NCBI GenBank assembly: GCA_963725865.1
Contig: CAVSAC010000014.1
Span: 448,001-512,000, forward strand
Direction of reading: 5' to 3'
Origin: Candidatus Eiseniibacteriota bacterium
Lineage (GTDB): Bacteria > Eisenbacteria > RBG-16-71-46
DNA length: 64,000 nucleotides
The translations under genes were made by a program, and so were the position numbers. Below, one piece after another: positions 11,867-21,628 of the stretch. The stretch's first letter is position 1; each line of letters opens with the position of its first letter. The notes below the pieces were generated by a model. That model searched no databases and had not been told where the DNA came from. It saw nothing but the letters and a program-made list of their open reading frames with translations.

Positions 11867-12730
11867 TCAGCGGATGGGCAGCAGCTCGCGGGTCGCCGAC
11901 TCGGGATGCGCGGGATCGAAGCGGACCAGCGCCAGCTCCGGCCCGTCGTGGGCCGCCGAAAGGCAGTGGGTGCGTCCGATCCGGTCACGCCAGCTCCCGG
12001 TGAGGCGGGCGGATTCGTGCACGTGTCCGTGGAGCGTCACGCAGGGCTGACGCTCCTCGATGAAGCGCCGGATGGCGATGCTCCCGACGTGAACGTCGAT
12101 CGGCACGTGCTCCACGATCCGCCCGTCGAGTGCGGCGCGGTCCAGCGCGGTCCGATAGGGCGGGGCGTGGAACAGGCAGACCGCGCGCGACAGGTCCTCC
12201 GTGCCGGTCATCGCCGCGAGGTCCTTCGCGATCGTGCCATGACGGCTCTCCTGCTCGTCGAAGGGCACCGAGTGAGTGCCCTCCTCCGGGGGCGTGCAGC
12301 CCGGGTCCACGAAACGCGACACGTCGTAGCGCTCCCAGTCCTTGAGGGGGTACGGCGTGGGCGGCACGCACGCGTAGCCGAACACCGTGAAGCGACCGAA
12401 TCCCGTGCGGCGGCCGTGGAGGTACTCCCAGCCGGGCCCCGCGGCCGCCGAACGGACCGTGCGCTCCTCGGCCCGCAGATCGTCGTTGCCCAGGATCAGG
12501 AACACGCGCGGCGTGAGCGCCCCGAGGCGCTCGCGCAGGTCCGTGAAGCCGGCCGCGACCACATCGCGCAGAAATCGCCCGGGTGCCGCTTCCAGCCCGG
12601 ACCACGGCGACGGCATGAGGTCGCCGCCGAGGAACACGGCGGTCGGGGCCTCCTGGCGCAGAACCTCGAAGAGGTGTCGCCAGCGGCCCGCGTCGCCGTG
12701 AAGGTCCGAGACGAAATGACAGAGCGGCAT
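11867..12730 (-). CDS. Metallophosphoesterase (calcineurin-like)
   Basis: SDLHG, GGDL, GNDD, FHAPP, HGHVHE motifs. Confidence 0.88.
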   Translation of the reverse strand: MPLCHFVSDLHGDAGRWRHLFEVLRQEAPTAVFLGGDLMPSPWSGLEAAPGRFLRDVVAAGFTDLRERLGALTPRVFLILGNDDLRAEERTVRSAAAGPGWEYLHGRRTGFGRFTVFGYACVPPTPYPLKDWERYDVSRFVDPGCTPPEEGTHSVPFDEQESRHGTIAKDLAAMTGTEDLSRAVCLFHAPPYRTALDRAALDGRIVEHVPIDVHVGSIAIRRFIEERQPCVTLHGHVHESARLTGSWRDRIGRTHCLSAAHDGPELALVRFDPAHPESATRELLPIR

Positions 12731-12828
12731 CGGGAGCTCCTCGCCGGCAGGATAACCCGGTCGCGCCTCCGGTGCCCGCCGGCGGCGGCGCTGGCAGTGC
12801 GTCGCGGCATGACCTATCCTGCCGCCCC

Positions 12829-14379
12829 ATGTTGACTCGACAGATGCGTCTCGCGCTGTGGGCTCTGTCGCTGGCAGAGGCGCTGGTGTTCGTCGGGCTC
12901 GCGCTCCTGCGGCTCCGCTACCCGCTCGAGCTGGACTACATCGAGGGCGTGATGATGGACCACGTGGTCCGCCTCACGCACGGGCAGCCGATCTACGTCG
13001 CCCCCACGCTCGAGTTCGTCACCCTCGCCTACATGCCGGGCTTCGCGACCGTGGCGTCCTTGCTCGCGCGCGTGGCCGGTCCCGCGCTGTGGGTGCCCCG
13101 CCTGGTGTCGTTCCTTTCGATGTCGGGCGTCGCGGTGCTGGTGGCGTGCCTGGTCCGCGCCGAGACGCGTTCGTGGACGCTCGGCGTGGCCGGCGCCGGC
13201 GTGCTGCTGATGTCGTACGGCATCACCGGCGGTCACTACGATGTCGGCCGGCCCGACTCGATGATGCTGCTGCTCTCGCTGTCGGGGCTCGCGGTGCTGC
13301 GCCACGTGCCCGGCGCCCGCGGGGCGCTGGGGGCGGCGGCGCTGCTCACGGCGGGCTTCTTCACCAAGCAGCACGCGGTGTGGTTCTCGATCGCCGCGCT
13401 GGCGCACCTGGCGGTGAACGACCGGCGCCGGCTGCCGGTGTTCGGGATCGCGATCGTCGTGGGCTGCGCCGGCGGCTACCTGCTGCTGAGCCGCTGGCTG
13501 GGGCCGTGGTTCTCCTACTTCACGTGGGAGGTGCCGTCCCACTGGTCGACCATCGACAAGGTGCGCATCCTCAAGTACGCGGCCGGTGGCGTGCTGGGCT
13601 CGCTGTCGCTCATGAGCATCCCGGCGCTGCTCTCGCTCGGCCTGCCGGAACGCCCGTGGCGCGGCCCCGCCGGACTGTGGGCCTGGGCCGGATTGGGCGG
13701 CCTCGCGTCGGGGTTCATGGCCACGCTCGATCCCGACGCGTTCCGCCACGTGCTCAATCCCACCGTGGTGTCGTTCTCGGTGCTCGGCCCGCTCTCGCTG
13801 TGGCGCCTGGGGCGCGCCATCGATCCGCCGACCGCCGGCCGCGCCGGCGGCGCGCTCGCGATCGTCTACCTGGTGATCGCGCTGCAGTCGATTCCGCTCC
13901 AATACACGGCGCGCGCGCACCTGCCGCATCGTCACGCGCAGCAGGCGCTGACCGAGCTGACCGCGCGTCTGCGCTCGACGCCGGGCCGCATCGTGATGTT
14001 CTACCACGGCTGGTACGCGTGGCGGGCGGGCAAGGGCACGTTCGCCCAGCAGATCCCGCTCGACGACATCATCCGCGCGCGGAACAACGCGCTCCTGCGG
14101 CGCGACCCCGGATTCGTCGACCGCCTGTTCGCGCCGCTGATGTATGGACCCGACCGCCCGGTGATCGTCACCGACGTCGCGCTGGAGAAGACCGGGATCG
14201 AGTCGCAGCCATGGTGGAAGCAGGTCGCGCGCCGCTACCGGCTCGCGGATTCGCTCGGGGCCATCTCCGAGGCGCTCAATCCCGTGGACGGCAACCACTG
14301 GACGCCGCGCTTCGTGTACGTCCCCATCGACTCGGCCGCCGCGCCGACGGCCGCACCGCCCGACTCCGTCGGGCACTGA
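12829..14379 (+). CDS. Polytopic membrane glycosyltransferase (GT-C, ArnT/PMT-like)
   Basis: LDYIEG acidic loop after TM1, Y-P motif, RPDS, FTKQ; many TM helices. Confidence 0.6.
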   Translation: MLTRQMRLALWALSLAEALVFVGLALLRLRYPLELDYIEGVMMDHVVRLTHGQPIYVAPTLEFVTLAYMPGFATVASLLARVAGPALWVPRLVSFLSMSGVAVLVACLVRAETRSWTLGVAGAGVLLMSYGITGGHYDVGRPDSMMLLLSLSGLAVLRHVPGARGALGAAALLTAGFFTKQHAVWFSIAALAHLAVNDRRRLPVFGIAIVVGCAGGYLLLSRWLGPWFSYFTWEVPSHWSTIDKVRILKYAAGGVLGSLSLMSIPALLSLGLPERPWRGPAGLWAWAGLGGLASGFMATLDPDAFRHVLNPTVVSFSVLGPLSLWRLGRAIDPPTAGRAGGALAIVYLVIALQSIPLQYTARAHLPHRHAQQALTELTARLRSTPGRIVMFYHGWYAWRAGKGTFAQQIPLDDIIRARNNALLRRDPGFVDRLFAPLMYGPDRPVIVTDVALEKTGIESQPWWKQVARRYRLADSLGAISEALNPVDGNHWTPRFVYVPIDSAAAPTAAPPDSVGH

Positions 14380-14506
14380 GTCCGGCGCGGCACATCCGCG
14401 CCCCCGCTCTCACGCCGCGCGACGCTCGCCGGGTTGCCGCAACCCGGAGCGCGTGCTATCCATCCGGCGCTCGGAAGGCCGACCTACCCCGACGCGCGAG
14501 GGACGC

Positions 14507-15124
14507 ATGTTCTCGATCTTCCCGAAGACGGAGGACTTCTTCACACTGTTCCGCAAGCAGGCCTCCCTGGTGCGGCAGGGCTGCGACCAGCTCCACGAGC
14601 TGGTGCAGCACTACGACGAGCGCATCGAGCGGACGCGGCTGCTCAAGGACATCGAGCACCAGGGCGATCTCGTGACCCACGAGATCTTCGAGCGCCTGAA
14701 CCGCACCTTCATCACACCGCTCGAGCGCGAGGACATCCACGACCTGGCGAGCGGACTCGACGACGTGCTCGACGCGGTCGAGGCGATCGGCAGCCGCTTC
14801 GTGCTCTTCAGGATCGAGCGGGTCACCCCCGAGGCGGCGCAGCTCACCTCGATCGTGCAGCGCTGCGGCGTCCAGATCGAGCAGGCGGTGACCAATCTCG
14901 AGGAGCTCAAGAACCTCATGGGGTTCACCATCGAGGTCAACCGGCTCGAGAACGAGGCCGACAACATCTCGCGCAACGTGGTCGCCGACCTGTTCCTGCC
15001 GGGCAAGCACGACCTGCTCGATGTCATGCGCTGGAAGGAGCTGTACGGCCGCCTGGAGGGCGCGGCGGACCGCTGCGAGGACGTCGCGAACTCGATCGAG
15101 GCGATCGTGCTCAAGAACCGCTGA
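14507..15124 (+). CDS. DUF47 phosphate transport regulator
   Basis: IEHQGD, TFITPLEREDIHDL, LENEAD, DRCEDV; adjacent to PiT. Confidence 0.92.
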   Translation: MFSIFPKTEDFFTLFRKQASLVRQGCDQLHELVQHYDERIERTRLLKDIEHQGDLVTHEIFERLNRTFITPLEREDIHDLASGLDDVLDAVEAIGSRFVLFRIERVTPEAAQLTSIVQRCGVQIEQAVTNLEELKNLMGFTIEVNRLENEADNISRNVVADLFLPGKHDLLDVMRWKELYGRLEGAADRCEDVANSIEAIVLKNR

Positions 15125-15126
15125 TC

Positions 15127-16134
15127 ATGTCCGAGCTCTGGCTGATCGGCCTGATCATCGCGATCGCGCTGTTCTTCGACTTCAGCAACGGCTTCCACGA
15201 CGCCGCCAATTCGATCGCCACCGTGGTGAGCACCCGGGTGCTGTCGCCGCGCCAGGCGGTGGCGTGGGCCGCCTTCTTCAACTTCGTCGCGTTCGCGTTG
15301 TTCGGGGTGCACGTCGCAAAGACCATCGCCAAGGGCATCGTGGATCCCGCGTGCGTGAACCCGCAGGTGGTGCTGGCCGCGCTGGCGGGCGCGGTGGTGT
15401 GGAACATGATCACCTGGTGGCTGGGGCTGCCGACGTCGTCGTCGCACGCGCTGATCGGCGGCTTCGTAGGCGCGGCGCTGATCTCGACGGGCCCCAGCGC
15501 GGTGCTCCTGCCGGGACTGCTCCGGGTGGCGCTGTTCATCGTGATCTCGCCGGTGCTCGGACTGGTGCTCGGATTCCTCGCGATGCTCGGCGTGCTGTGG
15601 ATCTTCCGTCACGACAACCCGCACCACGTCGACAAGACTTTCCGCGGACTGCAGCTGGTCTCGGCGGCGGCGTTCAGCCTCGGCCACGGTTCCAATGACG
15701 CCCAGAAGACGATGGGCATCATCACGGCGCTGCTCTACTCGACCGGGCGCCTGACCGGTGAGTTCCACGTCCCCCTCTGGGTCGTCCTCGCGGCGCACGG
15801 CGCGATGGGGCTCGGAACGCTTTCAGGCGGATGGCGCATCGTGCGCACCATGGGCATGCGCATCACCAAGCTGCGGCCGGTCGGGGGCTTCTGCGCGGAG
15901 ACGGCGGGAGCGCTCGCGCTGTTCGGCGCCTCCGCGGCGGGCATCCCGGTCTCGACCACCCACACCATCACCGGCGCCATCGTGGGCACCGGCGTGAGCG
16001 CGAACCGCCGCCTGAGCGCGGTCCGCTGGGGGGTGGCGGGCCAGATCGTGTGGGCGTGGGTGCTCACCATGCCGCTCGCCGGGCTGGTCGCGGCCCTCTC
16101 GTGGTGGCTGCTGCACCCGCTGTTCCACGGCTGA
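15127..16134 (+). CDS. pit: Inorganic phosphate transporter (PiT family)
   Basis: NGFHDAANSIAT, LPTSSSHA, HGSNDAQK, PVSTTH. Confidence 0.93.
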   Translation: MSELWLIGLIIAIALFFDFSNGFHDAANSIATVVSTRVLSPRQAVAWAAFFNFVAFALFGVHVAKTIAKGIVDPACVNPQVVLAALAGAVVWNMITWWLGLPTSSSHALIGGFVGAALISTGPSAVLLPGLLRVALFIVISPVLGLVLGFLAMLGVLWIFRHDNPHHVDKTFRGLQLVSAAAFSLGHGSNDAQKTMGIITALLYSTGRLTGEFHVPLWVVLAAHGAMGLGTLSGGWRIVRTMGMRITKLRPVGGFCAETAGALALFGASAAGIPVSTTHTITGAIVGTGVSANRRLSAVRWGVAGQIVWAWVLTMPLAGLVAALSWWLLHPLFHG

Positions 16135-16145
16135 TCCACGGCTGA
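16124..16145 (+). repeat. 11-bp tandem duplication spanning the pit stop codon
   Basis: tccacggctga at 16124-16134 and 16135-16145, next to the IS end. Confidence 0.8.
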
Positions 16146-16153
16146 TCCGCGAC

Positions 16154-17599
16154 CGTCCAGCAGTGATTCTGTCCGCCTAACGCCGCAGTGATTCTGTCCC
16201 CCCTCAGCCCGTCGACTGGAGACGGGGTTGGGGTTTGAACGTGCGCTTCTTCCACGGGTGGTTCGCGGTGGGCCGGTGGGGTGCGGAGCGCCTTGGGGGC
16301 GCCGCCTGCGAGGCACGACCTCCAACCCGTGGGGTGGGGCGATCGTCGAGCTGAGGCGATCGTCGAGCGTCGATCGCGCGGCGCGGGCGGCGGCGCGAGC
16401 GCGCCGAGGTGCGGGGCACGAGCGTGAACGGACCCGCGGGGGCGGCTCGTTCGAGCACGACGTGATCCTGATCGAGCACCAGCAAGCGGCCATCGAGCAG
16501 TTCGCGTACTTCCACGGTGCGGCCATGGCGACTGGCGTGGTAGGGGCCGGGGGGCAGATCGAGCAGCTGTCCGGCGATCGAGACGGTGTTGTCGCGAGCC
16601 ACCACGCGCGGGTAGCGGCAGGCCAGCAGTCGGTCGAGGTCGCGCGGCGCCCGGCGCCACAGACCCACGCGCTGGCGCGGGGCGCGGCCGAGCCGGCGAT
16701 TGTAGCGGACGATGAAGTCGGGCAGGAACGCGAGCGCCTCGGCCGTGGTGGTGATGCCGTGCAGGGCGAGCTCGGCGGCGAGTCGATCCTGCAGGGTGCG
16801 CCACAGGCGTTCGATGCGGCCCTTGGCCTGCGGGCTGCGAGCCCGGAGGTAGCGGATGCCGAGATCCTCCAGCATCCGACCGAAGTGCGACGGGTGCTGG
16901 CGACCCGCGAGCTCCTCCTCGAGGGTCCAGAAGGGATCGTTGCGCACCGCGATGCTGGTGCCATCGCCATACAGCGCCAGCGGCACGCCGTGGGTGACGA
17001 TCGTCTGCCGCAGCACCGTGGTGTAGCCGTGCAGGTCCTCCTGCCCGCGCAGCGTCAGCGCGAGGATCTCGCCACTGGCGTCGTCGAGCATGCCGACCAG
17101 GGTGAGTGGGGGTTGGTTCAGTCCCAGCCAGTGGAACGGGCTGCCGTCGATCAGGGCCATCGCCCCGCAGCGCGCCTCGCGCTCGCGGCGGCGGCGGTGG
17201 CGTGACGGGCGCCGTCGCTGCTTGGGGGGCAGACCGAGTTCGCGGCGGATGCGTCGCACACTGTCGACGCTGATCGACACTCCGGCCTCCGCCAGCAGGT
17301 CACGCACATGATGGTCGTTCAAGCGCACCGCGCCGCTCAGCAGTTCCACCACCGGCTGGCGCACGGTCACCGCCAGCCGTCGGGGCGAGGGCCGCCCCCG
17401 GTTGCCGTGGACCACCCCACGCGCACCGTGACGCTCGACTTGCCGCTTGAGCCGGCGCAGCTGCCGCGCGCTCAAGCCCAGCGCCTCGGCCGCCTCGCCA
17501 TTGGTGAGCTTCCCTCGCAGCGCGGCCTCCACCACCCCCAACCGCCGGGCCTCTCGCACTCCCATGCTCAGGTCATCCATGGGGAGGACACTTTCACAG
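16154..17599 (-). mobile_element. IS1202/ISNCY-like insertion sequence (ends approximate)
   Basis: DDE transposase; two copies of gcagtgattctgtcc (16160-16174, 16185-16199) downstream and one inverted degenerate copy ggacactttcacag (17586-17599) upstream. Confidence 0.7.
16204..17580 (-). CDS. DDE (rve-type) transposase with N-terminal HTH
   Basis: HTH EAAEALGLSARQLRRL, HGNRGR, LIDGS, LYGDG, SPQAKGRIERLWRTLQDRL. Confidence 0.92.
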   Translation of the reverse strand: MDDLSMGVREARRLGVVEAALRGKLTNGEAAEALGLSARQLRRLKRQVERHGARGVVHGNRGRPSPRRLAVTVRQPVVELLSGAVRLNDHHVRDLLAEAGVSISVDSVRRIRRELGLPPKQRRRPSRHRRRREREARCGAMALIDGSPFHWLGLNQPPLTLVGMLDDASGEILALTLRGQEDLHGYTTVLRQTIVTHGVPLALYGDGTSIAVRNDPFWTLEEELAGRQHPSHFGRMLEDLGIRYLRARSPQAKGRIERLWRTLQDRLAAELALHGITTTAEALAFLPDFIVRYNRRLGRAPRQRVGLWRRAPRDLDRLLACRYPRVVARDNTVSIAGQLLDLPPGPYHASRHGRTVEVRELLDGRLLVLDQDHVVLERAAPAGPFTLVPRTSARSRRRPRRAIDARRSPQLDDRPTPRVGGRASQAAPPRRSAPHRPTANHPWKKRTFKPQPRLQSTG

Positions 17600-17710
17600 A
17601 CCGGGGTGGCGCCGCACCCGGTCGCGGGCCTATGCTCGGCGGGCGCGGGTGTGGGCGCCACGCCCGCGAACCGCATGCTCACCGGTCGCTGGCAGGTCCC
17701 CTTGCAGACG

Positions 17711-19174
17711 ATGCCCGATGCCTCCGCGCTCTCACCGCCGGCTTCCCGCGCCGGCCGTGGGATCGTCCTCGCCCTGGTGCTGCTCGTGGCGCTGGCGCTG
17801 CGCATCCGCGAGGCGGCGGGCACCCACCTGTGGTTCGACGAGCTCTACCTCGTCATGGTGGCGCGTCACTCGTGGCTCGGCGTGGTGCAGCTGGTCGCCC
17901 ACGACATCCACCCGCCGCTCTACTTCCTGCTGATCAAGGGCTGGATCGCCCTCGGGGGCACCGGCGAGGCGTGGCTGCGCGCGCCCTCGATCGCGTTCGG
18001 ACTCGGGAGCCTGGTGGCCACGTTCGAGCTCGGCCGGCGGCTGCGGAGCGGGCGCACCGGCCTGGTCGCCGCCGCCCTGTTGGCGCTGGACAGCGCGCAC
18101 GTCCGCTACTCGCAGGACGTGGAGTCGTACGCGCTGATGTGGGTGCTCGCGCTGATGGTCGCCCTGTCGGCGGTGGCGTGGGTGCAGGAGCGCCGCGGCC
18201 GCGACGCCCTGATGCTGATGGCCGCCGCCGTGATCGGGGCCTACACGCACTACCTGATGCTCGCGGTCTTCCTCGTCACCGTGCTGTGGGGCGTCGCGGT
18301 GCTGCACGACGATCGGCGCGCACTCGTGCGCTGGCTCGGCTTCGCCGCGTTGGTGCTGGCGCTGTTCGTCCCGCAGGTCCCCACCGTGATCAGGCAGCTC
18401 GCGCAGGAGGACTGGGGCGGCCACTACCACTGGCCGAGCGTGGACGGGCTGGTGGGTCTGGGGCGCGTGGCTTCGGGCGGAGCGACCTACCTGCTGCCGG
18501 TGTTCGCGCTGCTCGCGCTGCTCGCGCTCGTCAACGCCGAGCGTCGCTGGACCACGGCGCTGCTCGTAATGCTGTGCTGCCTGCTGCCGCTCACCACGCG
18601 GGCCTGGGCGTTCGTGCTGAACCGCGACCTGCTGGTGCTGGTCCCGTTCTGGGTCCTGCTCGCCGCGGCCGGGCTCGAGCAGATCACGTGGCGGCGCGCC
18701 GGCATCGTCGCGACCGGGCTCCTGCTGCTGCTCGCGGCACGCGCGTCGTGGATGCACCACCGCTTCGACGAGCCGCGCGAACTCGCGCGCGCGGCCAGCG
18801 TGATCACGCGCGACGCGCCGCAGGACGCGATCCTCCTCCACTCCGAGACGCACTCGCTCCTCTACTTCGCCTTCTATCAGCCGAGCGCGCGCAATCGCCT
18901 GCTGTTTCCTGCGGGACAGCACGTGCACTTCTCCGACGGCGGACTGGTGGTCGACGACTCGCTGCTGATCAGCCCCGAGGCGTTCCTGGCTGAGCGCGCC
19001 CGCGGGGTCCCCTGGTGGGGCGTGCACTGCGACCGCGCGTTCGTGCGGCACGGGGTGGTGGAACGCGCGGGTCAGCCGCCGGAGGAGCTGATGGATTCGC
19101 TGGCCACCGGACGGCACTGGTCGTTCCCGCCGGTTCAGGTCTGGGAAGGCGCGCCGCGCGCGATTCCGCGTTGA
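17711..19174 (+). CDS. GT39/PMT-like membrane glycosyltransferase
   Basis: LWFDE, DIHPPLYF, LRAPS, YSQD..SYAL, YTHY motifs. Confidence 0.75.
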   Translation: MPDASALSPPASRAGRGIVLALVLLVALALRIREAAGTHLWFDELYLVMVARHSWLGVVQLVAHDIHPPLYFLLIKGWIALGGTGEAWLRAPSIAFGLGSLVATFELGRRLRSGRTGLVAAALLALDSAHVRYSQDVESYALMWVLALMVALSAVAWVQERRGRDALMLMAAAVIGAYTHYLMLAVFLVTVLWGVAVLHDDRRALVRWLGFAALVLALFVPQVPTVIRQLAQEDWGGHYHWPSVDGLVGLGRVASGGATYLLPVFALLALLALVNAERRWTTALLVMLCCLLPLTTRAWAFVLNRDLLVLVPFWVLLAAAGLEQITWRRAGIVATGLLLLLAARASWMHHRFDEPRELARAASVITRDAPQDAILLHSETHSLLYFAFYQPSARNRLLFPAGQHVHFSDGGLVVDDSLLISPEAFLAERARGVPWWGVHCDRAFVRHGVVERAGQPPEELMDSLATGRHWSFPPVQVWEGAPRAIPR

Positions 19175-19209
19175 TCGCGCCGCGGGGACAGCGCTCGAAC
19201 GGAGGTCGC

Positions 19210-19767
19210 ATGCGCTCGTGCCTGGGCATCTTCCTGATCCTCGGCTTCGGGGGCCTCGGGCCGGAGCGCGGAGTCGCCGCCCCCGGGCCGGACGCGACCT
19301 TCACGCTCGGCTCGCCGGCATTCGCGCCGGGCGGCGCGATCCCGCGACGCCATACCCCCCAGGGCGCGGATCGCCCGCCCGCGCTGCAGTGGCGCGGCGC
19401 CCCGGCCACAACGCGCGCGTTCGCCCTGATCGTGCACGACCCCGACGCGCCGGATCCGGCCTCGCCGAAGGTGGACTGGGTGCACTGGGTGATCTACGAC
19501 CTGCCCGCCACCACCACGGCGCTGCCGGAGGGGTACGCCCCGCCGGCGCGCGGGCCGGCACGGCCTGGCCGCAACGATTGGGGCGACCCTCGGTGGCGCG
19601 GCCCCGATCCGCCGGTGGGACGCCATCGGTACTTCTTCCGCCTGATCGCCCTCGATGCACCGCTCGGCGACCTGCACGAGCCCCGGCGAAGCCAGCTCGA
19701 ACGCGCGATGAGCGGCCACGTGCTCGGCATCGCCGAGCTGGTCGGGACCTACCAGCGCCGACCCTGA
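19210..19767 (+). CDS. YbhB/YbcL (PEBP/RKIP-like) protein, exported
   Basis: DPDAP, WVHWV, GPDPPVGRHRYFF; GGAGG RBS. Confidence 0.9.
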   Translation: MRSCLGIFLILGFGGLGPERGVAAPGPDATFTLGSPAFAPGGAIPRRHTPQGADRPPALQWRGAPATTRAFALIVHDPDAPDPASPKVDWVHWVIYDLPATTTALPEGYAPPARGPARPGRNDWGDPRWRGPDPPVGRHRYFFRLIALDAPLGDLHEPRRSQLERAMSGHVLGIAELVGTYQRRP

Positions 19768-19799
19768 GCGGCGCGGTCCCGCCGCGGCGTCGCACCCGC

Positions 19800-19827
19800 C
19801 GGAAAGCGCGCTCCGGAGCGCTTTCCG
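19800..19827. terminator. Hairpin after the YbhB-like gene
   Basis: cggaaagcgc / gcgctttccg inverted repeat. Confidence 0.4.
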
Positions 19828-19931
19828 CCGCGGCGGCCCGCGGTGTACCGTGCATCGTCCATGAACCCGGGCCCGGGATTGTGGCCTCTCCACCCCGCCG
19901 GATCACCTCGACCCATTCCCGGAGACGACGG

Positions 19932-21470
19932 ATGACATCCCGACTCGACGAACTCAAGACGCGGCTGCGGGAGATCACCGACCTGCACGGGGCGGCCGCG
20001 GTCCTGCGCTGGGATCAGGCGACGTACATGCCCCCGGGAGGCGCCGAGGCGCGCGGCCGGCAGACGGCGCTGCTGAGCCGGCTCGCGCACGAGCGCTTCG
20101 TCGATCCGGCGATCGGCCGGCTGCTGGAGCAGGTCGAGCGCGAAGTGGCCGGGAGGCCGTTCGACTCCGACGAGGCGTCGCTGGCGCGGGTCACGCGGCG
20201 CGACTTCGACCTCGCGGTGAAGGTGCCGCCCGCGTTCGTCTCCGAGATGGACGAGCACGCCGCCCGCACCTACCAGGCGTGGACCGCGGCGCGACCGGCG
20301 AACGACTTCACGCGCGTGCTCCCGCTGCTCGAGCGCACGCTCGAACTGTCGCGGCGCCTCGCCGACTGCTTTCCCGGCTACCGCTGCATTGCCGACCCGC
20401 TGATCGCGTTCTCGGACTACGGCATGGAGGCCGCCACCGTGCGCGCGCTGTTCGCCGCATTGCGCGAGCGCCTCGTGCCGCTGGTGCGCGCGATCGCCAG
20501 CCGGCCGGCCGCCGACGACGCGTGCCTGCACCAACACGCCCCCGAAGCCGCGCAGCTGGCGTTCGGGCTCGCGGTGATCCAGCGCTACGGCTACGACCTC
20601 GAGCGCGGCCGCCAGGACAAGACCCACCATCCGTTCATGACGAAGTTCTCGCTCGGCGACGTCCGCATCACGACCCGCGTGCGCGAGGACGCGCTGACCG
20701 ACGCCCTCTTCAGCACGCTGCACGAGTGTGGGCACGCCCTCTACGAGCAGGGCATCGATCGCGCGTTCGAGGGCCTGCCGCTGGCGAACGGCGCCTCGTC
20801 GGGCGTGCACGAGAGCCAGTCGCGGCTGTGGGAGAACGTGGTCGGTCGCAGCCTCGGCTTCTGGCGCGGGATGTACCCGGAGCTGCAGCGCGGATTCCCG
20901 CGCCAGCTCGGGCCGGTCCCGCTCGAGGTGTTCTACCGCGCGATCAACAAGGTCGAGCGCTCGCTCATCCGCACCGACGCCGACGAGGTGACGTACAACC
21001 TGCACGTCATGATGCGCTTCGACCTGGAGCTCGACCTGCTCGAGGGCCGGCTCGCCGTCCGGGACCTGCCGGCGGCGTGGCGCGCGCGCAGCGAAGCCGA
21101 TCTCGGCATCGCGCCCTCCGACGATCGCGACGGTGTGATGCAGGACGTGCACTGGTTCGCGGGACCGATCGGCGGGCAGTTCCAGGGCTACACGCTCGGC
21201 AACGTCCTCTCCGCCCAGTTCCACGCCGCCGCGGTGCGAGCGGTGCCCGGCATCCCGGCCGCGATCGAGCGGCGCGAGTTCGACGCCCTGCACGGCTGGC
21301 TGCGCGAGCACGTGTACCGGCACGGCGCGAAGTTCACCGCCGCCGAGTTGGTGCCGCGTGCGACCGGCGAGGCGCTGCGCATCGAGCCCTACCTCGACTA
21401 CCTGTGGGGCAAGTATCAGCCCCTGTACGGGCTGCGCGACGAGGAGCGCCACTCGGCCGCCGTCGTCTGA
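19932..21470 (+). CDS. Carboxypeptidase M32 (Taq-like)
   Basis: HPF, DVRITTR, HECGHALY, HESQSRLWEN, IRTDADE, QDVHW. Confidence 0.93.
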   Translation: MTSRLDELKTRLREITDLHGAAAVLRWDQATYMPPGGAEARGRQTALLSRLAHERFVDPAIGRLLEQVEREVAGRPFDSDEASLARVTRRDFDLAVKVPPAFVSEMDEHAARTYQAWTAARPANDFTRVLPLLERTLELSRRLADCFPGYRCIADPLIAFSDYGMEAATVRALFAALRERLVPLVRAIASRPAADDACLHQHAPEAAQLAFGLAVIQRYGYDLERGRQDKTHHPFMTKFSLGDVRITTRVREDALTDALFSTLHECGHALYEQGIDRAFEGLPLANGASSGVHESQSRLWENVVGRSLGFWRGMYPELQRGFPRQLGPVPLEVFYRAINKVERSLIRTDADEVTYNLHVMMRFDLELDLLEGRLAVRDLPAAWRARSEADLGIAPSDDRDGVMQDVHWFAGPIGGQFQGYTLGNVLSAQFHAAAVRAVPGIPAAIERREFDALHGWLREHVYRHGAKFTAAELVPRATGEALRIEPYLDYLWGKYQPLYGLRDEERHSAAVV

Positions 21471-21628
21471 ACCGACGGCGACGGCGGCGCCCGTCCGGGG
21501 CGGGAGCGCTGCCGGTGCTCCGGGGGTTCTGCTACACTTCGTCGCCGCATCGCCAGCCCCTGCGCGGCGAGCGAAGCGTGGGCCCGCCCGTCCCCGCGGG
21601 TGCCGGCCACCCCTACCCTCGGAGTCCC

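Noticed and set aside
16160..16199. Short direct repeats as a CRISPR array
   Set aside because: Only two 15-bp units with a 10-bp spacer beside a transposase; no cas genes.
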